A stretch of DNA of 64,000 nucleotides from Acidobacteriota bacterium (GTDB taxonomy: Bacteria > Acidobacteriota > UBA4820 > DSQY01): NCBI GenBank assembly GCA_049591295.1, contig JBAWEQ010000080.1, positions 2,238 to 66,237 of the forward strand, read 5' to 3'. Position numbers and translations under genes: made by a program. The notes under the pieces were generated by a model that saw nothing but the letters and a program-made list of their open reading frames with translations, was not told where the DNA came from and did no database searches. Below are positions 20,762 to 29,952 of this stretch, piece after piece. Every line of letters starts with the position of its first letter. The first letter of the stretch is position 1.

Positions 20762-20995
20762 GTGCCGCAGATCGTCATCAACCGCGAACTCTGCAAGGGC
20801 TGCGAGCTGTGCGTGCACGCCTGCCCGCAGAAGATCCTGGGCATGGCCAAGGAGATCAACTCCAAGGGCTATTTCTTCGCTCAGGTGGAAGAGCAGAAGC
20901 GGTGCATCGGGTGCCGGCTCTGCTGCATCACCTGCCCCGACGTGGCCATCCAGATGCGCGTCCACGGGACCATGGTTCACTACTTTGCCTATTGA
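20762..20995 (+). CDS. korD: 2-oxoacid:ferredoxin oxidoreductase delta subunit (2x[4Fe-4S] ferredoxin)
   Basis: GTG start after SD GAAAGGAG; CKGCELCVHACP and CIGCRLCCITCP motifs; start coordinate is +/-1 nt. Confidence 0.75.
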   Translation: MPQIVINRELCKGCELCVHACPQKILGMAKEINSKGYFFAQVEEQKRCIGCRLCCITCPDVAIQMRVHGTMVHYFAY

Positions 20996-21183
20996 AGGCT
21001 CATGGCGAATTCAACAAGACGGCCGACGGCGAGCCGCTTCGGGATGCCGAGATGAGGAGATGAGGAGATGTCGAAGGGAACCGGCGGGAGGTGCTGCGGG
21101 TTCTTCTTGTCCCCCGTCCCTTGTCCCCTGTCCCCTGTCGCGCCTCGCGCTCCTCACTCCTCACTATCCCACGAGGGTCCCAC

Positions 21184-22272
21184 ATGGCTAAGAAATTGAT
21201 GAAGGGCAGCGAGGCCATCGGCGAGGCGGCCATCCAGGCCGGCTGCAAGCTCTTCTTCGGCTACCCCATCACGCCGCAGAACGAGATCCCCGAATACATG
21301 TCCCACCGCCTGCCGCAGATAGGCGGGACTTTCGTCCAGGCGGAGAGCGAGGTGGCGGCCTCGAACATGATCTACGGCGCCGCCGGCTCGGGGGAGCGCG
21401 TCTTCACCTCCTCCTCCTCGCCGGGCATCTCGCTCATGCAGGAGGGGATCTCCTACATCGCCGGCTCGGAGCTGCCTGTGGTTCTGGTCAACATCATGCG
21501 CGCCGGGCCCGGCCTGGGCGGAATCCTGCCCAGCCAGGCGGACTACTTCCAGGCCACCAAGGGAGGAGGCCACGGCGACTACCGCCTCCTCGTGCTGGCG
21601 CCGTGGTCCGTGCAGGAGGCGGCGGACCTCATCCAGGACGCCTTCGACCTGGCCGACTTCTACCGGAACCCCGTGATGATCCTGGGCGACGGCCTCATCG
21701 GCCAGATGATGGAGCCCGTGGAGTTCCATCCCGACCGCAAGCCCTGCAAAGAGCTCAAGCCCAAGGAGTGGGCGGCCACCGGCTGCAAGGGGGACCGGCC
21801 CACCAACATCATCAACTCCCTTTTCCTGGACCCGGCCGCCCTTGAGCAGCACAACCACAAGCTTCAGGCCAAGTACGAGGCCATGGCGCGGGACGAGATC
21901 CGATGCGCCGAGTACGGCACCGAGGAGCCTTACGACGTCCTGATCGTGGCCTACGGCACCGTGGCCAGGGTCTGCGTCACGGCCCTGGAGGACCTGAAGG
22001 AGGCGGGCATCCGCGCCGCCATGGTCCGGCCCATCACCCTCTTCCCCTTCCCCTACGCCCGGGTCCGGGCCGCCTCCGAAAAGGCCAAGGCGGTCCTGGT
22101 GGTGGAGCTCTCCTGCGGCCAGATGGTGGAGGATGTGCGCCTGGCCGTGGAGGGGACCCGTCCGGTTCACTTCTACGGCCGCCAGGGCGGCATGCTCGTG
22201 ACCCCCGAGGAGGTGGTGGACGAGATCCGGCGCCTCCTCACGGGGCCGCAACAGGAGGCCGACCATGCTTGA
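21184..22272 (+). CDS. korA: 2-oxoacid (2-oxoglutarate/2-ketoisovalerate):ferredoxin oxidoreductase alpha subunit
   Basis: MAKKLMKGSEAIGEAAIQAGC...FGYPITPQNEI typical KorA/VorA N-terminus. Confidence 0.85.
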   Translation: MAKKLMKGSEAIGEAAIQAGCKLFFGYPITPQNEIPEYMSHRLPQIGGTFVQAESEVAASNMIYGAAGSGERVFTSSSSPGISLMQEGISYIAGSELPVVLVNIMRAGPGLGGILPSQADYFQATKGGGHGDYRLLVLAPWSVQEAADLIQDAFDLADFYRNPVMILGDGLIGQMMEPVEFHPDRKPCKELKPKEWAATGCKGDRPTNIINSLFLDPAALEQHNHKLQAKYEAMARDEIRCAEYGTEEPYDVLIVAYGTVARVCVTALEDLKEAGIRAAMVRPITLFPFPYARVRAASEKAKAVLVVELSCGQMVEDVRLAVEGTRPVHFYGRQGGMLVTPEEVVDEIRRLLTGPQQEADHA

Positions 22273-23044
22273 GACCGTCTTCTGCCGGACACCGGCCCTC
22301 GCCGACGTCACCACGCACTACTGCCCCGGGTGCACCCACGGCGTCATCCACCGGCTCGTGGCCGAGGTGGTGGACGAGCTGGGGCTGAGGGAGCGCACCA
22401 TCGGCATCGCTCCCGTGGGCTGCTCGGTCCTCGCCTACAACTACTTCACCACGGACTTCCAGGAGGCCTCCCACGGACGGGCGCCGGCCGTGGCCACGGG
22501 GGTCAAGCGGGCGCGTCCCGACCTCATCGTCTTCTCCTACCAGGGGGACGGCGATCTCGCCTCCATCGGCATGGGAGAGATCGTCCACTGCGCCAACCGG
22601 GGCGAGAAGATCACGGTGATCTTCGTGAACAACGCCATCTACGGCATGACGGGCGGCCAGATGGCCCCCACCACCATGCCGGGCCAGATCGCCACGACGT
22701 GCCCGCTGGGGCGCGACGTGGAGCTTGCCGGCTACCCCATCCGCGTGGTCGAGCTGCTCTCCACCCTGAGAACCCCGGCCTTCATCGCCCGAGCGTCGGT
22801 CCACACACCCCTCTACACGGTCAACGCCAAGGAGATGCTCCGGCGCGCCTTCCGCCATCAGGCGGAGGGCCGTTGCTTCTCCCTCGTGGAGATCCTCTCC
22901 ACCTGCCCCACGAACTGGGGCCTGCCTCCCGCCGAGGCCACGCAGTGGCTGGAGCAGAACATGCTCCCCTACTACCCTCTGGGGATCTTCAAGGAACCGG
23001 GCGGCGAGGACCGCGCCCCCAGCCCCCTGGGAGGACGAAAGTGA
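22265..23044 (+). CDS. korB: 2-oxoacid:ferredoxin oxidoreductase beta subunit (ThDP-binding)
   Basis: YCPGCTHG ... GDGD ... ThDP motif. Confidence 0.9.
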   Translation: MLETVFCRTPALADVTTHYCPGCTHGVIHRLVAEVVDELGLRERTIGIAPVGCSVLAYNYFTTDFQEASHGRAPAVATGVKRARPDLIVFSYQGDGDLASIGMGEIVHCANRGEKITVIFVNNAIYGMTGGQMAPTTMPGQIATTCPLGRDVELAGYPIRVVELLSTLRTPAFIARASVHTPLYTVNAKEMLRRAFRHQAEGRCFSLVEILSTCPTNWGLPPAEATQWLEQNMLPYYPLGIFKEPGGEDRAPSPLGGRK

Positions 23045-23140
23045 AGAACCACCAAGACACCAAGACACGGACAGACCTGGGGTCCTTTGCAGCCGAGGAT
23101 TTCTTCTTGGTGCCTTCGTGCCTTTGTGGTGAATCCTTTT
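23045..23140. repeat. REP-like palindromic element inserted between korB and korC (caccaagacaccaag / cttggtgccttcgtgcc arms plus GGTGAATCCTTTTCC tail)
   Basis: Inverted copies of the CACCAAGACACCAAGG family seen at six other gene 3' ends in this window. Confidence 0.7.
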
Positions 23141-23152
23141 CCGGAGCTTTCC

Positions 23153-23713
23153 ATGCAGAATGATGTGATCATGGCGGGGTTCGGGGGCCAGGGCGTCCTG
23201 CTCATCGGGAAGATGCTGGCCTACGCCGGGATGCACGCCGGCAAGGAGGTCTCCTGGATGCCCTCCTACGGCCCCGAGATGCGCGGCGGCACGGCCAACT
23301 GCACGGTGGTCATCTCGGACCGCCCCGTGGGCTCGCCCGTCATCCAGTGCCCCAGGGCCGTGCTGGCCATGAACCTGCCCTCGCTGGACAAGTTCGAGTC
23401 CGCCCTCAAACCCGGCGGCCTTCTGCTGGTCAACACCTCCCTCATCAACCGCGAGCCCAAGCGGAGCGACGTGCGCGTGGTGAAGGTGCCCGCCAACGAC
23501 ATCGCCAACGAGCTGAAGAACCCCAAGGGGGCCAACATGGTGGCCCTCGGCGCCTACCTGGGCGCCACGGAGGCGGTGCCCCTGGAGGAGATGGAGAAGC
23601 TCATCCGGGACACCTTCGCCAGCAAGCCCGCCGTCGTCGAAGCCAACATCCAGGCCCTGCGCCGAGGCCACGAGCTGGGCCGCGCCCAGAGCCGGGGGGA
23701 GGGACATCCATGA
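23153..23713 (+). CDS. korC: 2-oxoacid:ferredoxin oxidoreductase gamma subunit
   Basis: MQNDVIMAGFGGQGVLL typical gamma-subunit start; 186 aa. Confidence 0.85.
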   Translation: MQNDVIMAGFGGQGVLLIGKMLAYAGMHAGKEVSWMPSYGPEMRGGTANCTVVISDRPVGSPVIQCPRAVLAMNLPSLDKFESALKPGGLLLVNTSLINREPKRSDVRVVKVPANDIANELKNPKGANMVALGAYLGATEAVPLEEMEKLIRDTFASKPAVVEANIQALRRGHELGRAQSRGEGHP

Positions 23714-24195
23714 TCGAACAGAGCTGCGCCCAGACGGCACCCCTGGAGGAGATCCTCGACCGCTACCCGCGGGAGGAGGCCTCCCTCATCCAGGTCCTCC
23801 AGGACGTGCACCGGGCCTACAACTACCTGCCCTGCGACGTGCTGGCCAAGGTGAGCGAAAGCCTCGGAGTGCCCCTCGCCAAAGTCTTCTCGGTCTCCAC
23901 CTTCTACAAGGCCTTTTCCCTGACGCCCCAGGGAAAGATCATCGTCAGGGTCTGCACCGGAACCGCCTGCCACATCCGCGGGGCCACGCAGCTCATCGAC
24001 GAGGCCCGGCGGCTTCTGGAGATCGCCCCCGGCGAGACCACCCCGGACATGGGCTTCACCCTCAAGACGGTGAACTGCGTCGGGGCCTGCGCCATGGCCC
24101 CGGTCCTCATCGTGGGGGAGAAGGTCCACGGCAACACCAAGCCGGCCAAAGTCGCCAAGGCTCTCGGCGTGGAGGAGAAACACCATGCGCATTGA
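23710..24195 (+). CDS. NuoE/HoxE-like thioredoxin-fold [2Fe-2S] subunit
   Basis: CTGTACHIRG ... CVGACAMAP motifs; ATG overlaps korC stop. Confidence 0.8.
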   Translation: MIEQSCAQTAPLEEILDRYPREEASLIQVLQDVHRAYNYLPCDVLAKVSESLGVPLAKVFSVSTFYKAFSLTPQGKIIVRVCTGTACHIRGATQLIDEARRLLEIAPGETTPDMGFTLKTVNCVGACAMAPVLIVGEKVHGNTKPAKVAKALGVEEKHHAH

Positions 24196-26089
24196 CAGCA
24201 GGGAGCGCTTCGACGCCGCGGTGAGCGAGGCCCTCGCCGGCCGAGAGGGTCACAAGACCGAGATCCTGGTCTGCTGCGGCACGGGCTGCCTGGCCAACGG
24301 GAGCCAGAAGGTGGCCGAGGCCTTTGCAGAGGAAGTGGAGAAGCGGGGCCTTAAGGCCAGCGTCGGCCTCTTCACCAAGAAGACCGGCTGCCACGGCTTC
24401 TGCGAGAAGGGGCCGCTGGTGGTCCTCCAGCCCTCGGGCGTCCTCTACACCAAGGTGGAGCCCCGGCACGTCCCGGACATCCTCGACAAGACGGTGGCCA
24501 AGGGAGAGCTGATCCCCCGCCTGCTCTACAAGGACCCCTCCACGAAGAAGCCCGTGGAGCGCTACGCCGAGGTCCCCTTCTACAAGAACCAGACCCGCAT
24601 CGCCATGCGGAACATCGGCAAGATCGATCCCGCGGACCTGGGCGACGCCCTCGCCCACGGCGCTTACGCCGGCCTGGCCAAGGCCCTCTTCGAGATGACC
24701 CCCGAGCAGGTGATCGCGGAGGTGGAGAGTTCGGGCTTGCGCGGCCGGGGCGGAGCCGGTTTCGTCACGGCCCGCAAATGGAAGGCCGCCCGCAAGGCCA
24801 AGGGAGAGAGGAAGTTCCTGCTGTGCAACGGGGACGAGGGCGACCCCGGCGCGTTCAAGGACCGCTCCATCATGGAGGGCGATCCCCACTCGGTGCTCGA
24901 GGGCATGGTGATCGGCGCCTACGCCGTCGGCGCCCACGAAGGGTACATCTACGTCCGCGACGAGTACCCCCTAGCCGTGGTCCACCTCACGCTGGCCATG
25001 GAACAGGCCCGGCAGGCGGGGATCCTGGGCCGCAACATCCTGGGAACGGGCTTCGACTTCGACATCCGCATCTCGCGGGGAGGAGGGGCCTTCGTCTGCG
25101 GCGAGTCCTCGGCTCTCATGCGCTCCCTCGAAGGCAAGACAGGCGAGCCGCGCCAGAAGTACGTCCACGCCACGGAGCGCGGCCTCTTCGACTGTCCCAC
25201 GGTTCTCAACAACGTGGAGACCTGGGCCGACGTGGGCGCCATCATCCAGAACGGGGGCGCCTGGTTCGCCGCCATGGGCACAGACAAGTCCAAGGGCACC
25301 AAGGCCTTCTCCCTGGTGGGCAAGGTGAAGAACACCGGGCTCATCGAACTGCCCATGGGCACCACGCTCCGCCACATCATCTACGACATCGGCGGGGGGA
25401 TCCTGGGCGACCGGCCCTTCAAGGCCGTTCAGACGGGGGGCCCCTCGGGCGGCTGCCTGCCCGAATCGCACCTGGACGATCCCGTGGACTACGAGAAGCT
25501 CACCGAAGCCGGATCCATGATGGGTTCGGGCGGCATGATCGTCATGGACGACCGAACCTGCATGGTGGACGTGGCCCGCTACTTCCTCCGCTTCCTCGTG
25601 GAGGAGTCCTGCGGCAAGTGCGTGCCCTGCCGGGAGGGGCTCAAGCAGATGCTCGTCATCTACGACGACCTCGTGGCCGGGCGCGGCAGGCCCGGAGACA
25701 TCGAGCGCATCGAGCGGCTCAGCGCCGGCATGCAGCTCGGCAGCCTGTGCGAGCTGGGCAAGAGCGCCCCCAACCCCGTCCTCTCCACGCTGCGGTATTT
25801 CCGGGACGAGTACCTGGCCCACATCGAGCAGAAGGCCTGTCCCGCCGGCATCTGCAGGGACCTCACGGCCTACGAGATCCTGGAGAGCTGCGAGGGCTGC
25901 GGCGTCTGCCTCAAGGCCTGCCCCACCGAGGCCATCACGGGGGAGAAGAAGGCCCTCCACGTGATCCACCAGGGCAAGTGCATCTCCTGCGGGGCCTGCT
26001 ACGAGGTCTGCCCCACCGACGCCATCCGCTTCTTCCCCAAGGCCGAGCTGGCCCCGGCGGCGGCCGCGAGCCGCGGAGGTGCCTCATGA
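24185..26089 (+). CDS. NuoF/HoxF/HndC-like NAD(P)H-binding flavoprotein subunit with N-terminal [2Fe-2S] and C-terminal 2x[4Fe-4S] domains
   Basis: GRGGAGF (FMN/NADH), CNGDEGDPGAF, SCGKCVPCREG, C-terminal CEGCGVCLKACP and CISCGACYEVCP. Confidence 0.85.
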   Translation: MRIDSRERFDAAVSEALAGREGHKTEILVCCGTGCLANGSQKVAEAFAEEVEKRGLKASVGLFTKKTGCHGFCEKGPLVVLQPSGVLYTKVEPRHVPDILDKTVAKGELIPRLLYKDPSTKKPVERYAEVPFYKNQTRIAMRNIGKIDPADLGDALAHGAYAGLAKALFEMTPEQVIAEVESSGLRGRGGAGFVTARKWKAARKAKGERKFLLCNGDEGDPGAFKDRSIMEGDPHSVLEGMVIGAYAVGAHEGYIYVRDEYPLAVVHLTLAMEQARQAGILGRNILGTGFDFDIRISRGGGAFVCGESSALMRSLEGKTGEPRQKYVHATERGLFDCPTVLNNVETWADVGAIIQNGGAWFAAMGTDKSKGTKAFSLVGKVKNTGLIELPMGTTLRHIIYDIGGGILGDRPFKAVQTGGPSGGCLPESHLDDPVDYEKLTEAGSMMGSGGMIVMDDRTCMVDVARYFLRFLVEESCGKCVPCREGLKQMLVIYDDLVAGRGRPGDIERIERLSAGMQLGSLCELGKSAPNPVLSTLRYFRDEYLAHIEQKACPAGICRDLTAYEILESCEGCGVCLKACPTEAITGEKKALHVIHQGKCISCGACYEVCPTDAIRFFPKAELAPAAAASRGGAS

Positions 26090-26859
26090 TCACCCTGACC
26101 GTCAACGGAAAGACCGTCCGCGCCCGGGAGGGTTCGCCCCTCCTGGAGGCCGTCCGCGCCGCCGGCGTCGAGATTCCGACCCTCTGCCAGCACGAGGCCC
26201 TGGAGCCCTGGGGGGGCTGCCGCCTCTGCCTGGTGGACGTGACCCGGCCCGAATGGAACGGCTGGGCCAAGATGGTGGTCTCCTGCATGTATCCCGCGGA
26301 GGAGGGGCTCATCGTCCAGACCCACACGGAGCGTGTCGTGGAGACGCGCAAGGTGGTGCTGGACCTGCTCCTCGCCCGCTGTCCCGAGACGCCTCTCATC
26401 CAGAGGCTGGCCCGGGAGCACGGCATCGAGGAGACCTCCTACCTGCCCAACCCCGAGCCCACGGACTGCATCCTCTGCGGCCTCTGCACGAGGGTCTGCG
26501 ACCACATCGGCGTCTTTGCCATCAGCTCCGTGAACCGCGGTGCCGGCCGGGAGATCGCGCCCCCCTTCCACGAGGCCCCGCCCGACTGCATCGGCTGCCT
26601 GGCCTGCGCCGAGGTCTGCCCCACCTCCTGCATCCCCTACGAGACCTCGGACGCCCGCAGGACCATCTGGAACAAGGCCTTCGAGATGGTGCGGTGCCCA
26701 AAGTGCGGCAAGGCCCACATCACGAAGGCCCAGGCCGACTTCTACGCGGGCAGGAACGGCGTCCCGCGGAGCTACTTCGAGACCTGCGACGCCTGCAAGC
26801 GCCAGGAGATGGCCCACACCTTCAGCAAGCTCTCGGCGGGCGCTGGGGTGGTGCGGTGA
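26086..26859 (+). CDS. NuoG-N-terminal/HoxU-like [2Fe-2S]+[4Fe-4S] electron-transfer subunit (no molybdopterin domain)
   Basis: Plant-type 2Fe-2S motif C-x10-C-x2-C, His-ligated cluster motif, CILCGLCTRVCD, CIGCLACAEVCP; 257 aa. Confidence 0.75.
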   Translation: MITLTVNGKTVRAREGSPLLEAVRAAGVEIPTLCQHEALEPWGGCRLCLVDVTRPEWNGWAKMVVSCMYPAEEGLIVQTHTERVVETRKVVLDLLLARCPETPLIQRLAREHGIEETSYLPNPEPTDCILCGLCTRVCDHIGVFAISSVNRGAGREIAPPFHEAPPDCIGCLACAEVCPTSCIPYETSDARRTIWNKAFEMVRCPKCGKAHITKAQADFYAGRNGVPRSYFETCDACKRQEMAHTFSKLSAGAGVVR

Positions 26860-26899
26860 GGCGGCGGATGATAGGCGACGGAGAGAGGAGAGGCCAGCC

Positions 26900-27367
26900 A
26901 TGACGAAGATCTACCGCGTTACCATCGAGCGATGCATCGCCTGCGGCAAGTGCGAACTGGCCTGCGCCTTCGCGCACGGCAGCGAGGGCAGGCCCAGCAA
27001 GACGCGAATCAACATCTTCCGGCGCGGCCCCGAGCTGGGCACGCCCGTGGTCTGTTTCCAGTGCGACGACGCCGCCTGCGCCTCCATCTGCCCCACCCAG
27101 GCCCTCGTGCGCAACGAGGCGACCGGCGCCATCGAGATGCTGAGGGAGCGGTGCATCGACTGCCGCCTGTGCGTCGCCGCCTGCCCCTTCGGCAACATGC
27201 TCTGGGACGAGGCCTACCACTGCGTCCAAAAGTGCGACCTCTGCGGAGGAGACCCCAAGTGCGTCCCCTTCTGCCCGACGCATGCCCTGGAGTACGTGCC
27301 GGCCGATGAAGCCGCCGCCAAACCCGAACCGCTGGTTTGGGAGGAGGCGGTGAGGGCCGGAAGCTAG
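26900..27367 (+). CDS. HycB/DmsB-like 2-4x[4Fe-4S] ferredoxin subunit
   Basis: CIACGKCELACA, CFQCDDAACASICP, CIDCRLCVAACP, CDLCGGDPKCVPFCP. Confidence 0.8.
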   Translation: MTKIYRVTIERCIACGKCELACAFAHGSEGRPSKTRINIFRRGPELGTPVVCFQCDDAACASICPTQALVRNEATGAIEMLRERCIDCRLCVAACPFGNMLWDEAYHCVQKCDLCGGDPKCVPFCPTHALEYVPADEAAAKPEPLVWEEAVRAGS

Positions 27368-27487
27368 AGGGAACCGAGATGAGGAGATGAGGTAATGAGG
27401 TAATGAGGTGATGAGGGGATGAGGTCTCGCCCGATCTTCCTTCCATCATCCATCATCCATCATCCATCATCCCCCAAGGAGCCGGCC

Positions 27488-28000
27488 ATGAGCGAACCGA
27501 AGGACCAGATCCGTGAGATCCTCAAGAAAGCCTACCAGATCGAGGTGGACGGCTACACCTTCTACTCCCTGGCCGCCGACAAGTCCACCAAACCGGCCGT
27601 CCAGGAGCTCTTCGAAAAGCTCGCCAAGGACGAGACCGAGCACAAGACCTACCTGCGCGAGGTGATGCGGCGCTACGAGGCCGAGGGGACCGGAGCCTTC
27701 ACGGTGGACCGGCGGGATCCCCAGGTCAAGGCCTTCACCGATGCCATCTTCACCCAGAAGTTCAAGGAGCAGGCCCACGGAGCGGCATTCGAGCTGGGCG
27801 CCCTCTCCGTGGGCATGCAGCTCGAGACCAACGCCATCGCCCACTTCTCCGCCGCGGCCGAGGCGGCCTCCGAGCGAGAGGTCCAGGAGTTCTACCGATT
27901 TCTCGCCCAGTGGGAACGGGGCCACTTCGAGGCCCTTCAGGCTCTCCACGCCCTCGTCCGGGCCGACTTCTGGGAGCAGGGGGGCTTCGCGCCGTTTTAG
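27488..28000 (+). CDS. Ferritin-like / rubrerythrin-family di-iron protein (no rubredoxin domain)
   Basis: Paired E...ExxH motifs (KDETEH, WERGHFE); 170 aa; TAG stop at 27998-28000. Confidence 0.65.
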   Translation: MSEPKDQIREILKKAYQIEVDGYTFYSLAADKSTKPAVQELFEKLAKDETEHKTYLREVMRRYEAEGTGAFTVDRRDPQVKAFTDAIFTQKFKEQAHGAAFELGALSVGMQLETNAIAHFSAAAEAASEREVQEFYRFLAQWERGHFEALQALHALVRADFWEQGGFAPF

Positions 28001-28144
28001 ACGCGAGACGCTAGACGCGAGACGCTGGACGCGAGGCGTTAGACGCCAGATGCGAGACGCGAGACGCAAAGAGCTTTCTTCACGTCTCGTAGTTCCCCAG
28101 TCCCCTCACCCGGGCCCTTGCTCCCTACCCGCCCCCTCCCTGAG

Positions 28145-28174
28145 TTGACAGCCCCTTTCTTCGGCTTTTATAAT
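28145..28174 (+). promoter_or_regulatory. Consensus sigma70 promoter TTGACA-N18-TATAAT upstream of pilB
   Basis: ttgaca gcccctttcttcggcttt tataat, about 45 nt upstream of the pilB ATG; stands out as AT-rich in a 67% GC background. Confidence 0.6.
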
Positions 28175-28217
28175 GGATTAGTTATGATTTTTTTCTTGGG
28201 GAGGCCGGGAGCCTGCC

Positions 28218-29933
28218 ATGTCGGAACGCTTGGGGGAAATGCTCATCAAGGCGGGGCTGATCTCGCAGAAGCAGCTCCAGGAGGCCCTCCAGCTCCAGAA
28301 GACCAACGGGGGAAAGCTGGGCTATAACCTGGTCCGGCTGGGCCACGTCAAGGAGGAGGACATCACCTCCCTCCTGTCGGAGCAGTACGGGGTCCCCGCC
28401 ATCCACCTCGAGCACTTCGAGATCGACGAGTCCATCCTGAAGCACATCCCCTCGGACGTGGCCCAGAAGTACCTTGTCATCCCCATCGAGCGGACCGGGG
28501 CCACGCTCACGGTGGCCATGGCCGATCCCAGCAACGTCTTCGCCCTGGACGACATCCGCTTCATCACCGGCTACCAGGTGGAGCCCGTGGTGGCGGCGGA
28601 GGCCTCCATCCGGGAGGCCATCGGGCGCTACTACGGCTCCACCCACGAGCTCCAGCTCAAGGAGATCATGGACGAGATCGCCAAGGAGGAGGTGGCCGAT
28701 CTCGAGGTGGAAGACGAGGAGGGCCAGATCTCCGCGGAGGACCTCGAACAGGCCAGCCAGGACGCCCCCGTCGTCAAGCTCTGCAACCTGATCATGACGG
28801 ACGCGGTCCGGAAGGGGGCCAGCGACATCCACGTGGAGCCCTACGAGAAGGACTTCCGGGTCCGGTTCCGCATCGACGGCGTTCTCTACGAGCAGCTCCG
28901 GCCGCCCATGAAGCTGCGGGAGGCCATCGCCTCCCGCCTGAAGATCCTGGCCAAGCTGGACATCTCCGAGAAACGGCTGCCCCAGGACGGGCGCATCAAG
29001 ATGAGGATGAAGCTGGACAACAAGACCAAGGAGATCGACTACCGCGTCTCCACGGTCCCCTGCCTCCACGGCGAGAAGATCGTCATGCGGCTGCTCGACA
29101 AGGAGGGCCTCAAGCTCGATCTGACCAAGCTGGGCTTCGAAGAAGAGAGCATGCAGAAGTTCGAGCGGGCCATCATGAAGCCCTACGGGATGGTGCTGGT
29201 CACCGGCCCCACCGGCTCGGGCAAGACCAACACCCTCTACTCGGCGGTGGGCCAACTCAACAAGCCCGAGACCAACATCATGACGGCCGAGGACCCCGTG
29301 GAGTTCAACATCGAGGGATGCAACCAGGTCCAGATGAAGGAGGCCATCGGCCTCAACTTCGCCTCGGCCCTCAGGGCCTTTCTGCGGCAGGATCCCAACA
29401 TCATCCTGGTGGGCGAGATCCGGGACTTCGAGACGGCCGAGATCGCCGTCAAGGCGGCCCTCACGGGCCACCTCGTGCTCTCCACGCTGCACACCAACGA
29501 CGCCCCCTCCACCATCAGCCGGCTCATGAACATGGGCATCGAGCCCTTCCTCGTGGCCACCTCCGTCCACCTCATCCAGGCCCAGCGGCTCGTCCGCCGG
29601 ATCTGCAAGGAGTGCAAGGAGGAGTTCAAGCTGCCCCGCAAGGCCCTGCAGGACCTGGGCTACTCCGACGAGGAGGTGGACACCGTAAAGGTCTACAAAG
29701 GCCGGGGGTGTCCCACCTGCAACAACAGCGGCTACAAGGGCCGCGTCGCGCTCATGGAGGTCATGGAGATGAGCGAGCAGCTCAGGGAGATGGTCCTCAT
29801 GGGCGCCAACGCAGTGGAGCTCAAACGGCAGGCCCTGCAGGAGGGGATGATCACCCTCCGGCGCTCTGGCCTGGTGAAGATCAGCAACGGCGTCACCACC
29901 ATCGAGGAAGTGGTCCGAGAAACCGTCAGTTGA
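28218..29933 (+). CDS. pilB: Type IV pilus assembly ATPase PilB (with N-terminal MshEN c-di-GMP-binding domain)
   Basis: MshEN motifs RLGEMLIKAGLISQKQLQEALQLQ / KLGYNLVRLGHVKEEDITSLLSEQ, Walker A GPTGSGKT, VGEIRD, STLHTN, CKEC...CPTC. Confidence 0.95.
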   Translation: MSERLGEMLIKAGLISQKQLQEALQLQKTNGGKLGYNLVRLGHVKEEDITSLLSEQYGVPAIHLEHFEIDESILKHIPSDVAQKYLVIPIERTGATLTVAMADPSNVFALDDIRFITGYQVEPVVAAEASIREAIGRYYGSTHELQLKEIMDEIAKEEVADLEVEDEEGQISAEDLEQASQDAPVVKLCNLIMTDAVRKGASDIHVEPYEKDFRVRFRIDGVLYEQLRPPMKLREAIASRLKILAKLDISEKRLPQDGRIKMRMKLDNKTKEIDYRVSTVPCLHGEKIVMRLLDKEGLKLDLTKLGFEEESMQKFERAIMKPYGMVLVTGPTGSGKTNTLYSAVGQLNKPETNIMTAEDPVEFNIEGCNQVQMKEAIGLNFASALRAFLRQDPNIILVGEIRDFETAEIAVKAALTGHLVLSTLHTNDAPSTISRLMNMGIEPFLVATSVHLIQAQRLVRRICKECKEEFKLPRKALQDLGYSDEEVDTVKVYKGRGCPTCNNSGYKGRVALMEVMEMSEQLREMVLMGANAVELKRQALQEGMITLRRSGLVKISNGVTTIEEVVRETVS

Positions 29934-29952
29934 CCCGTTCACGGAGGGCCCC

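Noticed and set aside
19715-20995. 426-aa plus ORF ending in the ferredoxin-like sequence
   Set aside because: The upstream 350 codons are an out-of-frame shadow of the P-loop NTPase gene. The real delta-subunit gene starts at an internal GTG after an SD, giving the usual 77-aa OFOR ferredoxin subunit.
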